From the human T2T-CHM13v2.0 reference genome, Homo sapiens, in contig CP086569.2 in the NCBI GenBank assembly GCA_009914755.4, positions 16,896,001 through 16,960,000 of the forward strand: a stretch of DNA of 64,000 bases, written 5' to 3'. The notes beneath the pieces are model-generated. The model saw nothing but the letters and a program-made list of their open reading frames with translations, ran no database searches and had not been told where the DNA came from. The position numbers were made by a program, and so were the translations under genes. Positions 13,763 to 27,007 of this stretch are shown here, one piece after another (position 1 is the stretch's first letter; each line of letters begins with the position of its first letter).

Positions 13763-13950
13763 ATCTATCTATGTATCTATGCATCTATGTATCTATGTAT
13801 CTATCTATCTATCATCTACTATCTATGTATCTATCTATGTATCTATGTATCTATCTATCATCTATCTATGTATCTATCTATGCATCTGTCTATCTATCAT
13901 CTACTATCTATGTATCTATCTATCTATGTATCATCTATCTGTCTATGTAT
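13681..13950. repeat. Compound tetranucleotide STR: [TCTA]n with TCTG, TGTA, TGCA and TCA-interrupted variants (270 bp)
   Basis: 'gatatctatctatgtatctatctatgtatctatctgtctatctatctatctatctatctatcatctatctatgtatctatgcatctatg…' continuing to ~13950. The ORF-track peptides 'IYLCIYLSIYL…' are translations of this array. Confidence 0.97.
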
Positions 13951-14475
13951 GAATTAGGGTGATTCAGGAAATAGCAGATATAAGACCTTGGTAGAAACAA
14001 GAGCTCTAGGTAGAGTTTTGGAGAACTCTTGTGTTCTTTGATGCAAATCTATTCTCACCTGGGAAAGAGAAAAATCCTACTCCTCATCTACCATTTTCCA
14101 TGAGGGGTTTAATCTTTTGTTCCCCTTAAAACAAAAAGCTGAAATTCATCGAATATGTGATTTTTAATATATGTTATGATATATGACATATATGAATATG
14201 ATATATATAGGAAAAATCATATATATTATTTTTAATATATATTAGGACATATGATATATATTACATAGGTTTTCATCCACAGTTCCTGGGTCATAAGTCC
14301 CAAAACCCTTGCTATATTTTGGAGTGCTTTTGTCCTCAGAAGCAGACTTCAGAAAACAATCTCTTCCTCACTGAACTTCTCCTGCCTTCCTTCCACCTGC
14401 CCAAAGCAAGACTCTAACATTTTCCCAACTTCTGATCCATAGTCCAGTGTGTTATTTTTTGCCCCATTGACCCTC

Positions 14476-14838
14476 TGATATGATTTGGTTGTGTCCAACC
14501 CCACAGTCTCACCTTGAATTTTACTTCCCATAGTCCCCATGTGTCATGGGAGGGACCTGGTGGGAGGTAATTGAATCACTTATGCTCTTCTTATGATAGT
14601 GAGTGAGTTCTCAAAGAACGGATGATTTTATAAGAGACTTTTTACCCTTTTGCTCAGCACTTCTCTCTCTTGCCACCAAGTGAATAAGGACATGTTTGCT
14701 TCCTGTTCTGCCATGATTGGAAGTTTTATGAGTCCTCCCTAGCCATGTGGACCTATGAGTCAATTAAACCTCTTTCCTTTATAAATTACACAGTCTTGGG
14801 TATTTCTTCACAGTTACATGGGAATGGACTAAGATATC
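14476..14838 (+). mobile_element. ERVL-MaLR solo LTR (MST-type), sense orientation
   Basis: 'tgatatgatttggttgtgtccaaccccacagtctcaccttgaattttacttcccatagtccccatgtgtcatgggagggacctggtgggaggtaattgaatcac…ccatgattggaag…cctccctagccatgtggacctatgagtcaattaaacctctttcctttataaattacacagtcttgggtat…ggactaagata'. Confidence 0.7.
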
Positions 14839-16199
14839 CTCCTTCCCCTAACTGTCTTGCTGTGGGACTTAAGACATTTATTTCAGAATGTAGCCTGTTC
14901 CTTACCCTGGAGGAAGCACTACTGCACAGAGAGGCCAAGAGGGATCTGAACAGATAGGTCTTGCTCTGTCCCCTTACTCAGCCTACTAGTGTTAGATAAT
15001 AGCCTTTTTGTACAATCACGTTTCTACTTGTTTGTCAATCATGCCTATCAATGAAATCTCCATAAAAAGACCAAGAAGATTGTATTTGTAGACCTTCTAG
15101 AGAGCTGAACACAGGGAGGCTGGCAGGCAGGTGGACAAGAACTCACCCATGTGCCTGGAGTGTGGTGCACGACAAACTCTGTGGGGACAGACACTGCTGT
15201 GCTCGGCACCTGCCCAGACTTTGCCATATGTATCTCTTCATGTGACTCTTTGTGTCCTTTAAAATATCCTATATAATAAACCACGAAGTGTAAGTAAGTA
15301 TTTTTCTGAGTTCTGTGACCCACTCCAGGAAATTAATCCAATCCAAGAGAGGGTCGTTGGAATGCTCCCAACTTGAAGCATATTTGGAGAAGTTCTGGAG
15401 ACCCACACTTGTGACTGTGCAGATGGAGTTAGCTGTCTTCTATGACTGAGGTGGTGTCCCCTGCAGAACTGCTTGCTTGCTTGGTGTGTGGGTGGAAACC
15501 CCCAAACATTTGTTCATAGACAGCTTCTATGTTGATTGTCATTGCAGTGTGAGAGCAGAGAAAAACACTTTGAGTTTGTGTGAGAGTTTGTTTTTTATCT
15601 TGAGAAAATTTAGATTAACATTTGAAATTCGGAGTGTACTCTGGTTGGGCTGGTCAACAGGTGTGCCATTTTTGTCTTCCAGTAAATTTCAGCTTTCTGT
15701 TTTGAGGGGGACAATGGAATTAAACTACAATAGAAAATTGCAAGAGAAGAATGGAATTAGAATCTCATGGTTCTCTTTCCAAGGCGAGAATAGGTATGTG
15801 GCAAAACCCACCAAAACACTTTAGACTCTAGAGATAATTTCTATAATACTAGTGTCATATACCTGCTGTTTCTCAGGTCATCTCAATTCAGGTCATCATT
15901 GTCTCTTGCTCCAATTATTGTGAAAGACTCCTAATTGACAACCTGCAGGACTATGAGCCAGTAAACCTCTCTTTTTTTGTAAATTACCCAGTATCTTGTA
16001 TTGTTTTATAATAGTTCAAGAATGTACTAGTATCCCTGCCAAATGTGAGCTGTAGATTGTCAAACACCATGAATTAAAAAACTACAGAGGTGATCCAAGT
16101 AGGAGGAGGTGAGATTGTAGATGCTGTCCATGGCACAGTCATCACCACACAGTGAAAAGAGCTTATTGGAGGCATATTAAAGATAAGGATGATCTAAGA

Positions 16200-16540
16200 C
16201 TAATAACCAGGTTTGGAACATATGGCAGACAGAATACAAATGTGCATACCCTAATCCTTGGAACCTGTGAATAGTTGATCTTTCTTGCCAAAAGGGAGTT
16301 TGTGGATGTGATTAAGTTAAGGATGTTGAAATCAGAAGTTGATCCTAGACTATCCAGGTGGTCCAGTGTCATCAGAAAAGTCCTTATAAGAGGAAGGCAG
16401 TAGGGTCAGAGTAAGAGAGAGATTTGAAGATGCTATTGATCTTACAGAAGGAGAAGAAAATCATGAACCAGAAAATTCTGGTGGCCTCTATGCACTGGAA
16501 GTGACATGGAACAGATTCTTCCTTATAGTTTTCAGAAAGG
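16200..16540 (+). mobile_element. MLT1-type MaLR LTR fragment
   Basis: '…ttgccaaaagggagtttgtggatgtgattaagttaaggatgttgaaatcagaag…ctatccaggtggtccagtgtcatcagaaaagtccttataagaggaaggcagtagggtcagagtaagagagagatttgaagatgc…' matches the MLT1 'gcagatgtaattaagttaaggatcttgagatg…ccttataagag…' blocks. Confidence 0.55.
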
Positions 16541-16548
16541 GACAGTGC

Positions 16549-16887
16549 TGTATTAGCTGTTTTTCATGTTGCTTATAAAGAATGAGTAATTTACAAAGAA
16601 AAAGAGGTTGAGTGGACTCACAGTTCCATGTGCTTAGGGACACCTCACAATCATGGTGGAAGGAAAAAGGAACATCTTACATGTGACAACAAGAGAATTT
16701 GTACAGGAAATCTCCCCTTTATAAAACTAACAGGTCTCATGAGACTTATTCACTATCATGAGAATGGCATGGGAAAGTCTCACCCACATGATTCAATTGC
16801 CTCCCACTGGGTCCCTTCCACAACATGTGAGAATTACAGGAGCTACAGTTCAGATGAAATTTGGGTGGGGACAGAGACAAATCATAT
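16549..16887 (-). mobile_element. ERVL-MaLR solo LTR, antisense
   Basis: 'tgtattagctgtttttcatgttgcttataaagaatgagtaatttacaaagaaaaagaggttgagtggactcacagttccatgtgc…cataaaactaacaggtctcatgagacttattcactatcatgagaatggcatgggaaag…cagatgaaatttgggtggggacagagacaaatcatat'. Confidence 0.65.
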
Positions 16888-17950
16888 GAACTGCACTACC
16901 AACTCCTTGATGTTAAACCAAGTCAGACTTTCATCTCCAAAACAGTAAGATAGTACATGGGTGTTGTTTAAAGCCCCTGAGTTTGTGGTAGTTGGTTACT
17001 GCAGCCACTGGAAAAAAAATACAGGACAGGTGAGGGGAGAGATAGCAGGATGACTCCCAGGTTATAGAGAACAACTACTTGTTTGGTAGATCTCTTACCT
17101 TGTCCTTCGAAGGAGGAGCACTTCTAGGAATAGAGACACTTTCTCTTTTGCACACACTGCATTTGTAACCATACCAGAGCAATCTGGTTCAACTTTTATG
17201 TAGAAAGGTTGTGAATTGTTTTTCAGTTGTCCTGGATCCCCAGTTTAAGGTCACATAACCTGGGCATTCCAAAATGAACCAAGGTGGGACTTAAGTCCCA
17301 CAAGGAATGGGGACTGCATTAAGAAGCAAACACTCACGGTGGGATTCAGGGTCCAATCAGATTGAGCCCTGATTTCACCCTGTGGCAGAATCCACTAAGT
17401 TGATTCCTCTCAGCATTGCCTCATTGCAAGATCCAATCAGATAATGCTTTATTATTCCATGCTTATAAAACCCAACCTATCCCCATATTAGAGAGACAGA
17501 TTTGAACATTTCCTTCTGTCTCCTCACCAGTTGACTCACAGTAAAACTTTTCTTTTCTCAAAAGCCAATGCCATGGAATTGGCTTCTTTCTGCATCAGAA
17601 AAGAGCCCATTTATTGCTCAGTAACACATTTGAGAGGGAAATAGGTGGTAGACAAATGGCTAGATATCCAGAGTTCTGAGACCAGGTCTGACCTGGGAGC
17701 AGAGAAGAGCTGATGTTTAAGCTGTTTGACGATGGGTCTGAATGGATTTATGATGGCTTTCTGGCCTTAGAAAAACAAAATAGTTGTATGTGTGTGAGAT
17801 TTTTTTCAATTGGGTGTGCAAGTCTTTCAGACAACAGCCAACATACACACCATCCTTGTAGATGGTTCAGATGGACACATAGCCAATGAGAACATCTTGG
17901 AGAACATCAATGTTTAAGGCACCAACTATAAGTCACACAGTGTATTTTTT

Positions 17951-20732
17951 ATTATACTTTAAGTTGTAGGGTACATGTGCACAATGTGCAGGTTTGTTAC
18001 ATATGTACACTAGTGCTGTGTTAGTTTGCAGCACCCATTAACTCATCATTTACATTAGGTATTTCTCCTAATGCTATATCCCTCCCCCAAAACCCCACCC
18101 CATGTCAGACCCCAGTGTGTGATGTTCCCTGTCCTGTGTCCAAGTGTTCTCATTGTTAAATTCCCACCTATGAGTGAGAACATGCAGTGTTTTTGGCTTT
18201 CTGCCCTTGTGATAATTTGCTAAGAATGATGGTTTCCAGCTTCATCCATGTGCCTACAAAGGACATGAACTCATCACTTTTTATGGCTGCACAGTATTCC
18301 ATGGTGTATATGTCCAACATTTTCTTAATCCAGTCTATTATTGTTCGACATTTGGGTTGGTTCCAAGTCTGTGTTATTGTGAATAGTGCCGCAATAAACA
18401 TACATGTGCATGTGTCTTTATAGTAGAATGATTTATAATCCTTTGGGTATATACCTAGTAATGGGATGGCTGGGTCAAATGGCATTTCTGGTTCTAGATC
18501 CTTGAGGAATCACCACACTGTCTTCCACAATGGTTGAACTAGTTTACACTCCCATCAACTATGTGAAAACGTTCCTATTTCTCCACACCCTCACCAGCAC
18601 TTGTTGTTTCCTGACTTTTTAATGATTGCCATTCTAACTGGTGTGAGATGTTATGTCATTGTGGTTTTGGTTAGCATTTCTCTGATGGCCAGTGATGATG
18701 AGCATTTTTTTCCTGTGTCTGCTGGCTGCATAAATGTCTTTTGAAAATGTCTGTTCATATCCTTTTTCCATTTTTTGATGGGGTTGTTTGATATTTTCTT
18801 GTAAATTTAAGTTATTTGTAGATTCTGGATATTAGCCCTTTGTCAGATGGATAGATTGTAAAAATTTTCCCCCATTCTGTAGGTTGCCTGTTCACTCTGA
18901 TGGTAGTTTATTTTGCTGTGCAGAAGCTCTTTGGTTTAATTAGATCTCATTTTTCAATTTTGGCTTTCGTGGCCATTGTTTTGGTGTTTTAGTCAGGAAG
19001 TCCTTGTCCACGCCTATGTCCTGAATGATATTGCCTAGGTTTTCTTCTCAGGTTTTCATGGTTTTAGATCTAAGATTTAAGTCTTTAATCCACCTTGAAT
19101 TAATTTTTGTAGAAGGTGTAAGGAAGGGATCCAGTTTCATCTTTCTACATATGGCTAGCCAGTTTTCCCAGCACCATTTATTAAATAGGGAATCCTTTCC
19201 CCATTGCTTGTTTTTCTCAGGTTTGTCAAAGATCAGATAGTTGTAGATATGTGGCATTATTTCTGAGGGCTCTGTTCTGTTCCATTGATCTATATCTCTG
19301 TTTTGGTACCAGTACCATGCTGTTTTGGTTACTGTGGCCTTGTAATATAGTTTGAAGATAGGTAGCGTGATGCTTCCAGCTTTGTTGTTTTTCCTTAGGA
19401 TTGCCTTGGCAATGCAGGCTCTTTTTTTGTTCCATATGAACTTTATAGTAATTTTTTTTCAATTTTTGAAGAAAGTCATTGGTAAATTGATGAGAATGGC
19501 ATTGAATCTATAAATTGCCTTGGGCAGTATGACCATTTTCACAATATTGATTTTTCCTATCCATGAGCATGGAATGTTCTTCTATTTGTTTCTGTCCTCT
19601 TTTATTTCATTGACTAGTGGTTTCTAGCTCTTCTTGAATAGGTCCTTCACATATCCTGTAAGTTGGATTCCTAGGTATTTTATTCTCTTTGAAGCAACTG
19701 TGAATGGGAGTTCACTCATGATTTGGCTCTCTGTCTGTTATTGGTGTTTAAGAATGCTTGTGATTTTCACACATTGATTTTGTATCCTGAGAGTTGGCTG
19801 AAGTTGCTTATCATCTCAGGGAGATTTAAGGCTGAGACGATGGGATTTTCTAAATATACAATCATGTCATCTGCAGGCAAGGACAATTTGACTTCCTCTT
19901 TTCCTAATTGAATACTCTTTATTTCTTTATCTTGCCTGATTGCCCTGGCCAGAACTTCCAACACTATGTTGAATAGGATTGTTGAGAGAGGGTATACCTG
20001 ACTTGTGCCAGTTTTCAAAGGGAATGCTTCCAGTTTTTGCCCATTCAGTATGATACTGGCTGTGGGTCTGTCACAAATGCCTCTTATTATTTTGAAATAT
20101 GTTCCATCAATACCTATTTTATTGAGAGTTTTTAGTATGAAGCGCTGTTGAATTTTTTGAAGGCCTTTCTGCATCTATTGAGATAATCATGGGTTTTTGT
20201 CTTTGGTTCCGTTTATGTGATAGATTACATTTATTGATTTGCATATGTTGAACCAGCCTTACATTCCAGGGACGAAGCCCACTTAATTTTGGTGGATAAG
20301 CTTTTTTATGTGCCCTCTATTTTTATTGATTGGAATAGTTTCAGAAGGAATGGTACCAGCTCCTCTCCGTACCTCTGCTAGAATTCAGCTGTGAATCCAT
20401 CTGGTCCTGGAATTTTTTTTGGTTGGTAGGCTACTAATTGTTACCTCAATTTCAGAGCCTGTTATTGGTTTATTCAGCAATTCAACTTCTTCCTGATTTA
20501 GTGTTGTGTGGGTGCATGTGTCCAGAAATTTATTCATTTCTTATAGATTTTCTAGTTAATTTAATTTGTGTAGAGGTGTTTACAGTATTCTGTGATGGTA
20601 GTTTGTATTTCTGTGCAATCATTGGTGATATCCCCTTTATCATTTTTAATTGCATCTATTTGATTATTTTCTTTTCTTATTAGTCTTGCTAGTGGTCTAT
20701 CAATTTTGTTGATCTTTTCAAAACTGTATTTT
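17951..20732 (-). mobile_element. 5'-truncated LINE-1 (L1PA-like), antisense. Spans the 3'UTR and ORF2 back to the RT domain, with a ~15-bp TSD (cacacagtgtatttttt at 17934-17950; cacactgtatttttt at 20733-20747).
   Basis: On the plus strand it starts with poly-T plus 'attatactttaagttgtagggtacatgtgcacaatgtgcaggtttgttacatatgtac…', the reverse complement of the L1 3' end. The minus-strand ORFs are ORF2 pieces (e.g. 19767-20174 '[22 protein letters not shown]…[14 protein letters not shown]…'). Homology stops at '…ctagtggtctatcaattttgttgatcttttcaaaa', and direct repeats flank the element. Confidence 0.9.
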
Positions 20733-22208
20733 CACACTGTATTTTTTACTTCAGATATCATTGCATTTTCCTCTGGTTCCTGCACATATTTTAATCTATC
20801 AGTCTTTCTTTCTCCTTTTCAACATGATTCCTGGTTTTCTATAACCGTTGCTAAGTGCTTTGCATTTTAAATAAATTGCCACTTATTTTCTTAGTATGAC
20901 TTCCATCAGTCACATTAGTGAGAGTCATTGCAGAGGAGATAGGAAAGAACACAATCCAAAGAGCATTTAGTATAGAAGAGAAGCCGGAGCTATGACAAGG
21001 AGAGTGTAGAGAAGAAAAAATTCATACCTGGGCACCAGTCTATGGAGATGCTACAAAATCACCAAGGGGGGTGTTTTCTTCCATTTTGTTTTCCTATGCG
21101 TTGCTGATTTTAGGTTTGTTGAATAATGAACCCAAGTCTGGTTATGCATGTACTCATTTCCAAACAAAATCTAGTGTGGGGGCTGGTGCAGGATTGGGGA
21201 GCACTTGAAAGTGGGCATTTTTTTTATTCCTAACACCATTTATGCACATGACACTATTTGAGTAGATTCAGCCTCCTTTATACCTGGGAAACGACTCCCT
21301 CTCCAGTAAGCCCCAGTTTCCAGAAAGCACTATTGTATAATATCCAACTCAATCTGATCAATAACATTGCTAGCCTCAGCCTTGAACATCCATGGATTTA
21401 TAGACCTTGAAATAAAAGACATTCTGTAGGTTCTAAAGTTGTCTATATTTTCTCATCCTAAGAAAAAAAGAAAAGTGGCAAAGAAGGAAGGGGAGAGGGT
21501 AGAAGGAAAGAAAGAGCAGGAAGAGGGCTGGTCATAACACTTAGCCTCCATGGCTAAGAAAGTTCAGTTCCAGCCTGAAACCTCTTTGGCATGTTGAATG
21601 ATGTTCTGCTTCTATGAGTTCATGTTTACACTGGACTATCTTATTGTTTTAGGATGCTTATAGCTGAGCCTAAATTGTTATTCCATTACTTGAGTACTGA
21701 GGTTTCATGAAGTAATTGGAACACAAAAGTCCACTAACAGATTGCTTCTGTTATTGTTCTAATCTGAGCAGTGTTGAGTTTTCCTTCTTCTGTTAATGCT
21801 CTAACCTGAGCAGTGTTGAGTTTTTCTTCTTTCTAGGACAGACATTGGCAATTGATGGTGCTAATCCAACCCAGACTACTTCTGTTTTTGTAAATGAAGT
21901 TTTATGGACAAGAAATCATATCATTTGTTAACACATTGCCTATGGCTCTTTTCATGCTGCAGAAGTAGATTTTAAAAATTGTAGAGAACCTATGGCCAAA
22001 AGAGCCTAAAATACATGCCCTCTGGCCCTTCACAAAAACCACTGGTTAGTCCCTGCTATATAAGATCAACAATTTTGTGTAACAAAGTGGGTAGCAAAAC
22101 AGATTCCTCATCAGTGATATGCTTCAGATATTACTGTTTAATATTTTCATGACTAATATGATATTGGCTAAATAAGAAAATAATTGAGAGAAAATTACAG
22201 GCCCTCTA

Positions 22209-23165
22209 CTAATCCCTAAAGGAAATATTCAACAGAGAGAAAGGAAGAAAAGAAACAGGAGGAAGGGAGAAAGAGGAAGGAAGGGAGAAAGTGAGAGAGG
22301 AGGAAAGAAAGGCAGGGAAGGATGGAGGGAGGGAAGGAAGGAAGGAGGAAAGGAAGGAAGGAAAGAAGGAAAGAAGAAAGGAATGAAGGAAGGAAGGAAA
22401 GAAAAAGGGAGAGTGGGAAGAGAGGAAGGAAGGAAGAAAGAAAAAGGAAAAAAGGAAGGAAGGAGGGAGGGAGAGATGGAAAGATAAAAGGACAATGGGA
22501 AGAGAGGAAGATAGGAAGGAAGGAACAAAGGAATGAAGGAAAGAAGGGAGAAAGGGAAGGAGAAAAGGAAGGAAGGAAGGAGGAAGGGAAGGAAGAAAGA
22601 ATGGAGGGAATGAAGGAAAGATGGAAGGAAAGAAGGAAGAAGGGAGGCAGGAAGCAAGGAAGGAAGGAAAGAAGGAATAAGGGAGAGAAGGAGTGAGGGA
22701 TGGCAGAAATGAGGAAGGGAAGAAAGAAAGGGGAGAAGGAAGAACAGATGGAGGGAGAACTGGAGAGACGGAAGGAAGAAAGGGAGGTGAGGAAGAAAGG
22801 AGGGAGGGGAGGAAGAACGGGCGGAAGTAAGGAAGAAAAGAAGGAAGAAAGAAAAAGGAAAGAAGGAATAAAGAAGGGAAGAAAAGAAGGAAGGAAGGAA
22901 GGACAAAGGGAGGAAAGAAAGGAGGGAGGGAAGGAAGTAAAAACGGAATGAAGAAATGAAGAAATGAATAAAGGAGGGAGGGAGAGAAGGAAGAAAGGAA
23001 AAAGGGAAGGAAGGAGGGAGGGAAGAAGGAAGGAGGGCTAGAAAGAGGAAAGGATGGAGGGAATAAAGAAGGGAGGAAGGGAGGAAGGAAGGAAGAAAAA
23101 AAGGAAGGAAGGAAGAAAAAAAGGAAGGAAGGAAGAAGGGAGGGAGGGGAGAAGGGAGATGCCAT
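22209..23165. repeat. Very long polypurine simple-repeat tract, (GGAA)n/(GAAA)n/(GGGA)n mixture, ~950 bp
   Basis: The plus strand is almost entirely G and A: 'ggaaggaaggaaggagg aaaggaaggaaggaaagaaggaaagaag…' continuously from 22209 to ~23165. The 318-aa 'ORFs' on the minus strand (SFLPSF…) are its translation. Confidence 0.97.
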
Positions 23166-23527
23166 ACAAAAAGCAGTGCGACCATGTGGGAGGAATAAGT
23201 TCTACCCTAAATAAGAGCAATAAAATACGCAAGAAAAAGTATTTACTTCCATAATGTAAATGTCTTTCTACACATAAAATATCTGTCTGGACCACCAGTT
23301 GTATTAAAAAAAAAAAAAAACTACTGATGTTTACATACAGGGTTTCTTTCAGTATTCTGACTCCAATTTCATTCTTAACATTTTTTTCTCTGTGATATAA
23401 GACTAATTAAGCCTAACATTTGCTGTTCTTGGGAAAGATGGTTATTTCAACCATATCTAATAACATCTTATGGGTCTTCAGAATTGAAGAAGAGCTATAT
23501 TTTCATCTGAATATGTTGATATATTTT

Positions 23528-23910
23528 AATATGGTTAGGATTTGTGTCCCCAGCCAAATCTCATTTTGAATTGTAATCCCTATAATTACTATAATCTCCA
23601 TGTATCAAAGGAGAGACTTAGTAGAGGTAATAGGGTTATGGGGGAATTTTCCCCCGTGCCAATCTCACAATGGTGAATGAGTTCTTATGAGATCTAATGG
23701 TTTTATAAGGGGCTCTTTCCCCTTAGCTCAGGAGGTTTTCTTTCCGTCACCTTATGAAGAAGGTGTCTTACTTCCCCTATGCCTCCTGCCATGATTGTAA
23801 AATTCTTGAGGCCTCCCCAGCCATGCTAAACTGTGAGTCCATTAAACTTCTCTCTTTATAAATTGCCCAGTCTCAGGCAGTTCTTTGTAACAATATGAAA
23901 GTAGAGTAAT
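23528..23910 (+). mobile_element. ERVL-MaLR solo LTR (THE1/MST-type), sense
   Basis: 'aatatggttaggatttgtgtccccagccaaatctcattttgaattgtaatccctataatt…gtgaatgagttcttatgagatctaatggttttataagg…cctgccatgattgtaaaattcttgaggcctccccagccatgctaaactgtgagtccattaaacttctctctttataaattgcccagtctcaggcag…'. Confidence 0.7.
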
Positions 23911-23953
23911 ATATTCAGCTAGAATTTGGATGGTAGTTCTCCGTATGTGCAGC

Positions 23954-24115
23954 GATATAGTTTGGCTCTGTGAGCCTACCAAAATATCACGTTGAGTTTT
24001 CATACCCAGTGTTGGGGGATGGGCCTGCTGGGATGTGATTGAATCACGGGGCTGGATTTCTCCTTTGCCGTTCTCATGATGGAGTTCTTATGAGATCTTG
24101 TTGTTTGAAAGTGTG
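23954..24115 (+). mobile_element. Second, partial ERVL-MaLR LTR (5' half), truncated by the Alu at 24116
   Basis: 'gatatagtttggctctgtgagcctaccaaaatatcacgttgagttttcatacccagtgttgggggatgggcctgctgggatgtgattgaatcacggggctggatttctcctttgccgttctcatgatggagttcttatgagatcttgttgtttgaaagtgtgg'. Confidence 0.65.
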
Positions 24116-24617
<502 letters not shown>

Positions 24618-26066
24618 CTAGGTCAGACCTACAAATTTTAATGATTTAATATTGCCTCTAATGAGTTAAGAAACAGTGACTACCTTTCCACAGCAGTTTC
24701 CAGTTGCTATCCAAGTTTCAATGTAGGCTATGTCAATACTGAGAAGTGAATATCAGTTCAGAGAACTTTGCTAGATATCTTTCTTTTTTCTGTTTTTTTT
24801 CTTTCACCTTCTGCTCTTCACATGATAATAACCTTCCTTCAATAATGTGGAACAATACAATAGCTGTTCTTCAGCAATGTTTCTGCCAGACTTTAACAAC
24901 CATAATCTTTAGTACCAAATTCAAAAAGAATTACACTTTCAACATTGAAAGAATTACACTTTCAAAATTGTGCAGTGGCACAATCTTAACGAGGTCATGG
25001 AGTGAATATTTATATGTATTTTTCTTCATTTGTCATGAACATCCTAACTGTTTCATATCACCAGACTATCAAAATCTGTCATATTAAAATGCATATTAGA
25101 AAATTTAATATTCATAGTATAATGGATAATTTTTTTCCATTTCTGGAAAATATACAGTTGGAATTAATTATCCAATAGTGATATTTTAAAAAAAACTTCA
25201 CTTAATCTGTGAAAATAAGTGAGTAACTACAGAAAAATACACATGGGGCCTGAGACTGGAGTATGGGGTGAAAATAAGACAAATGTGTCAAGTATAATGC
25301 AAGATTAGAGTGAGAAGTCTGCAGTAAACTTAGACCAGACCACGTGTTCTTTTTCATCAAGTCTGCCTTAGGCACTGATAACTCTGAACATGGTCCTTCA
25401 TGTCTACAAACTTCCTTGTTCTCCATTGTTCTTGTTACAAAATTAAATTTCTAATGAAGAAATACACAAACATTACTGAAAAACGTAGAAGACAACAAAT
25501 ATAAATAAAGTCATATGGCATGATTTTGGATGAGATTTTTCAGTATTCTTAACATATTAAAACTTTTAGACTTAAGCTATCATGTTTGACACAACAATAA
25601 AGAGAACCACAGTGGAATTTTGTTCCATTCTTTAGATTAAAAAGTTATTTTTCTACTCATCTGGAAGGAGAAACATACAAGCATAGTCATGGCAATTTGA
25701 GAAAGAAGATCAATAGAGTAAGAGAGGGAGATTTGAAATATCTTGGTATAAATTTCAAATTATTAAAATACTGTTGTATTATAATAGCTGTATGGTGACT
25801 GATTATGCCAAAATGAAGTAGACAAAAGAAAAAACAAATGAAAACACAAAAAAAGCCAAAGAGAATTAGATTATCTTGTAATGCAAAGTTATAAGCATTT
25901 GGATTAACTCTTCAGGAAAAAAATCATTTCTTATCTAATTGAACCTCAGGATTAAATATAGTTATTAGGAGTCACTCTTCCAGTTCAAGAAAAAATATTA
26001 CTCTCATCCTAATAAACAAAACAATAGACATTTATTTAAAAGATCTTTTAGTCAAAATTTTTATGA

Positions 26067-26371
26067 TTTTTTGTTTGTTTGTTTGTTTTTTGAGATGGAT
26101 TCTCTATCTGTTGCCCAGGTTGGAGTGCAATGTTGTAATCTTGGCTCACTGCAAGCTCCGCCTCCTGGGTTCTTGCCATTCTCCTGCCTCAGCCTCCTGA
26201 CTCGCTGGGACTACAGGCATCCACCACCATGCCTAGCTAATTTTTTGTATTTTTAGTAGAGACGGGGTTTCACCATGTTATCCAGGATGGTCTTGATCTC
26301 CTGACCTTGTGATTCACCCACCTCGGCCTCCCAAAGTGTTGGGATTACAGGTGTGAGCCACCATGCTGGGC
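26067..26371 (-). mobile_element. Alu element (AluS-like), antisense
   Basis: 'ttttttgtttgtttgtttgttttttgagatggattctctatctgttgcccaggttggagtgcaatg…cctcagcctcctgactcgctgggactacaggcatccaccaccatgcctagctaattttttgtatttttagtagagacggggtttcaccatgttatccaggatggtcttgatctcctgacc…gtgagccaccatgctgggcc'. Confidence 0.93.
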
Positions 26372-26419
26372 CAAAAAATTACGTTTTTTTAGAAAACTTT
26401 TGTGGTTTTTTAGGTTTGT

Positions 26420-27007
<588 letters not shown>

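Noticed and set aside
13675-13962. ORFs 'MPDIYLCIYLCIYL…' and 'MYLSMYLSMYL…' (95 and 86 aa)
   Set aside because: Translations of the TCTA/TCTG compound microsatellite in two frames.
14150-14280. AT-rich block with two ~50-bp near-duplicate segments ('tttttaatatatgttatgatatatgacatatatgaatatgatatatat' / 'tttttaatatatattaggacatatgatatatattacatag')
   Set aside because: Low-complexity (AT)n-type sequence. The similarity is expected from composition alone and is not a meaningful structured repeat.
14990-16190. Possible ERV LTR plus internal fragment (e.g. '…tgtgacccactccaggaaattaatccaatccaagagagggtcgttggaa…' at ~15300-15360 on the minus strand, and '…tggtgtcccctgcagaactg…' downstream)
   Set aside because: It resembles ERV1-type LTR ends from memory, but I cannot place the boundaries or family with confidence, so it is left unannotated.
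21753-21835. Short tandem duplication 'ttctaatctgagcagtgttgagttttccttcttctg' / 'ctctaacctgagcagtgttgagtttttcttctttc'
   Set aside because: Real but small (2 copies, diverged), in anonymous sequence. Noted but not considered significant.
22209-23295. Several long ORFs (318 aa, 318 aa, 124 aa, 83 aa, 85 aa) on both strands over 22.2-23.3 kb that could look like proline/serine-rich or lysine/glutamate-rich proteins
   Set aside because: They are straight translations of the (GGAA/GAAA)n polypurine tract (SFLPSF… on the minus strand, KEGRKE… on the plus strand). They show extreme low complexity and no start or stop context, so they are not genes.
23165-23321. A15 run at 23306-23321 preceded by ~140 bp of unique-looking sequence, a possible tail of a retroposed or processed transcript
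   Set aside because: No recognisable upstream body, TSD or polyadenylation-signal context could be established from the sequence. It could simply be an A-rich run next to the GGAA tract.
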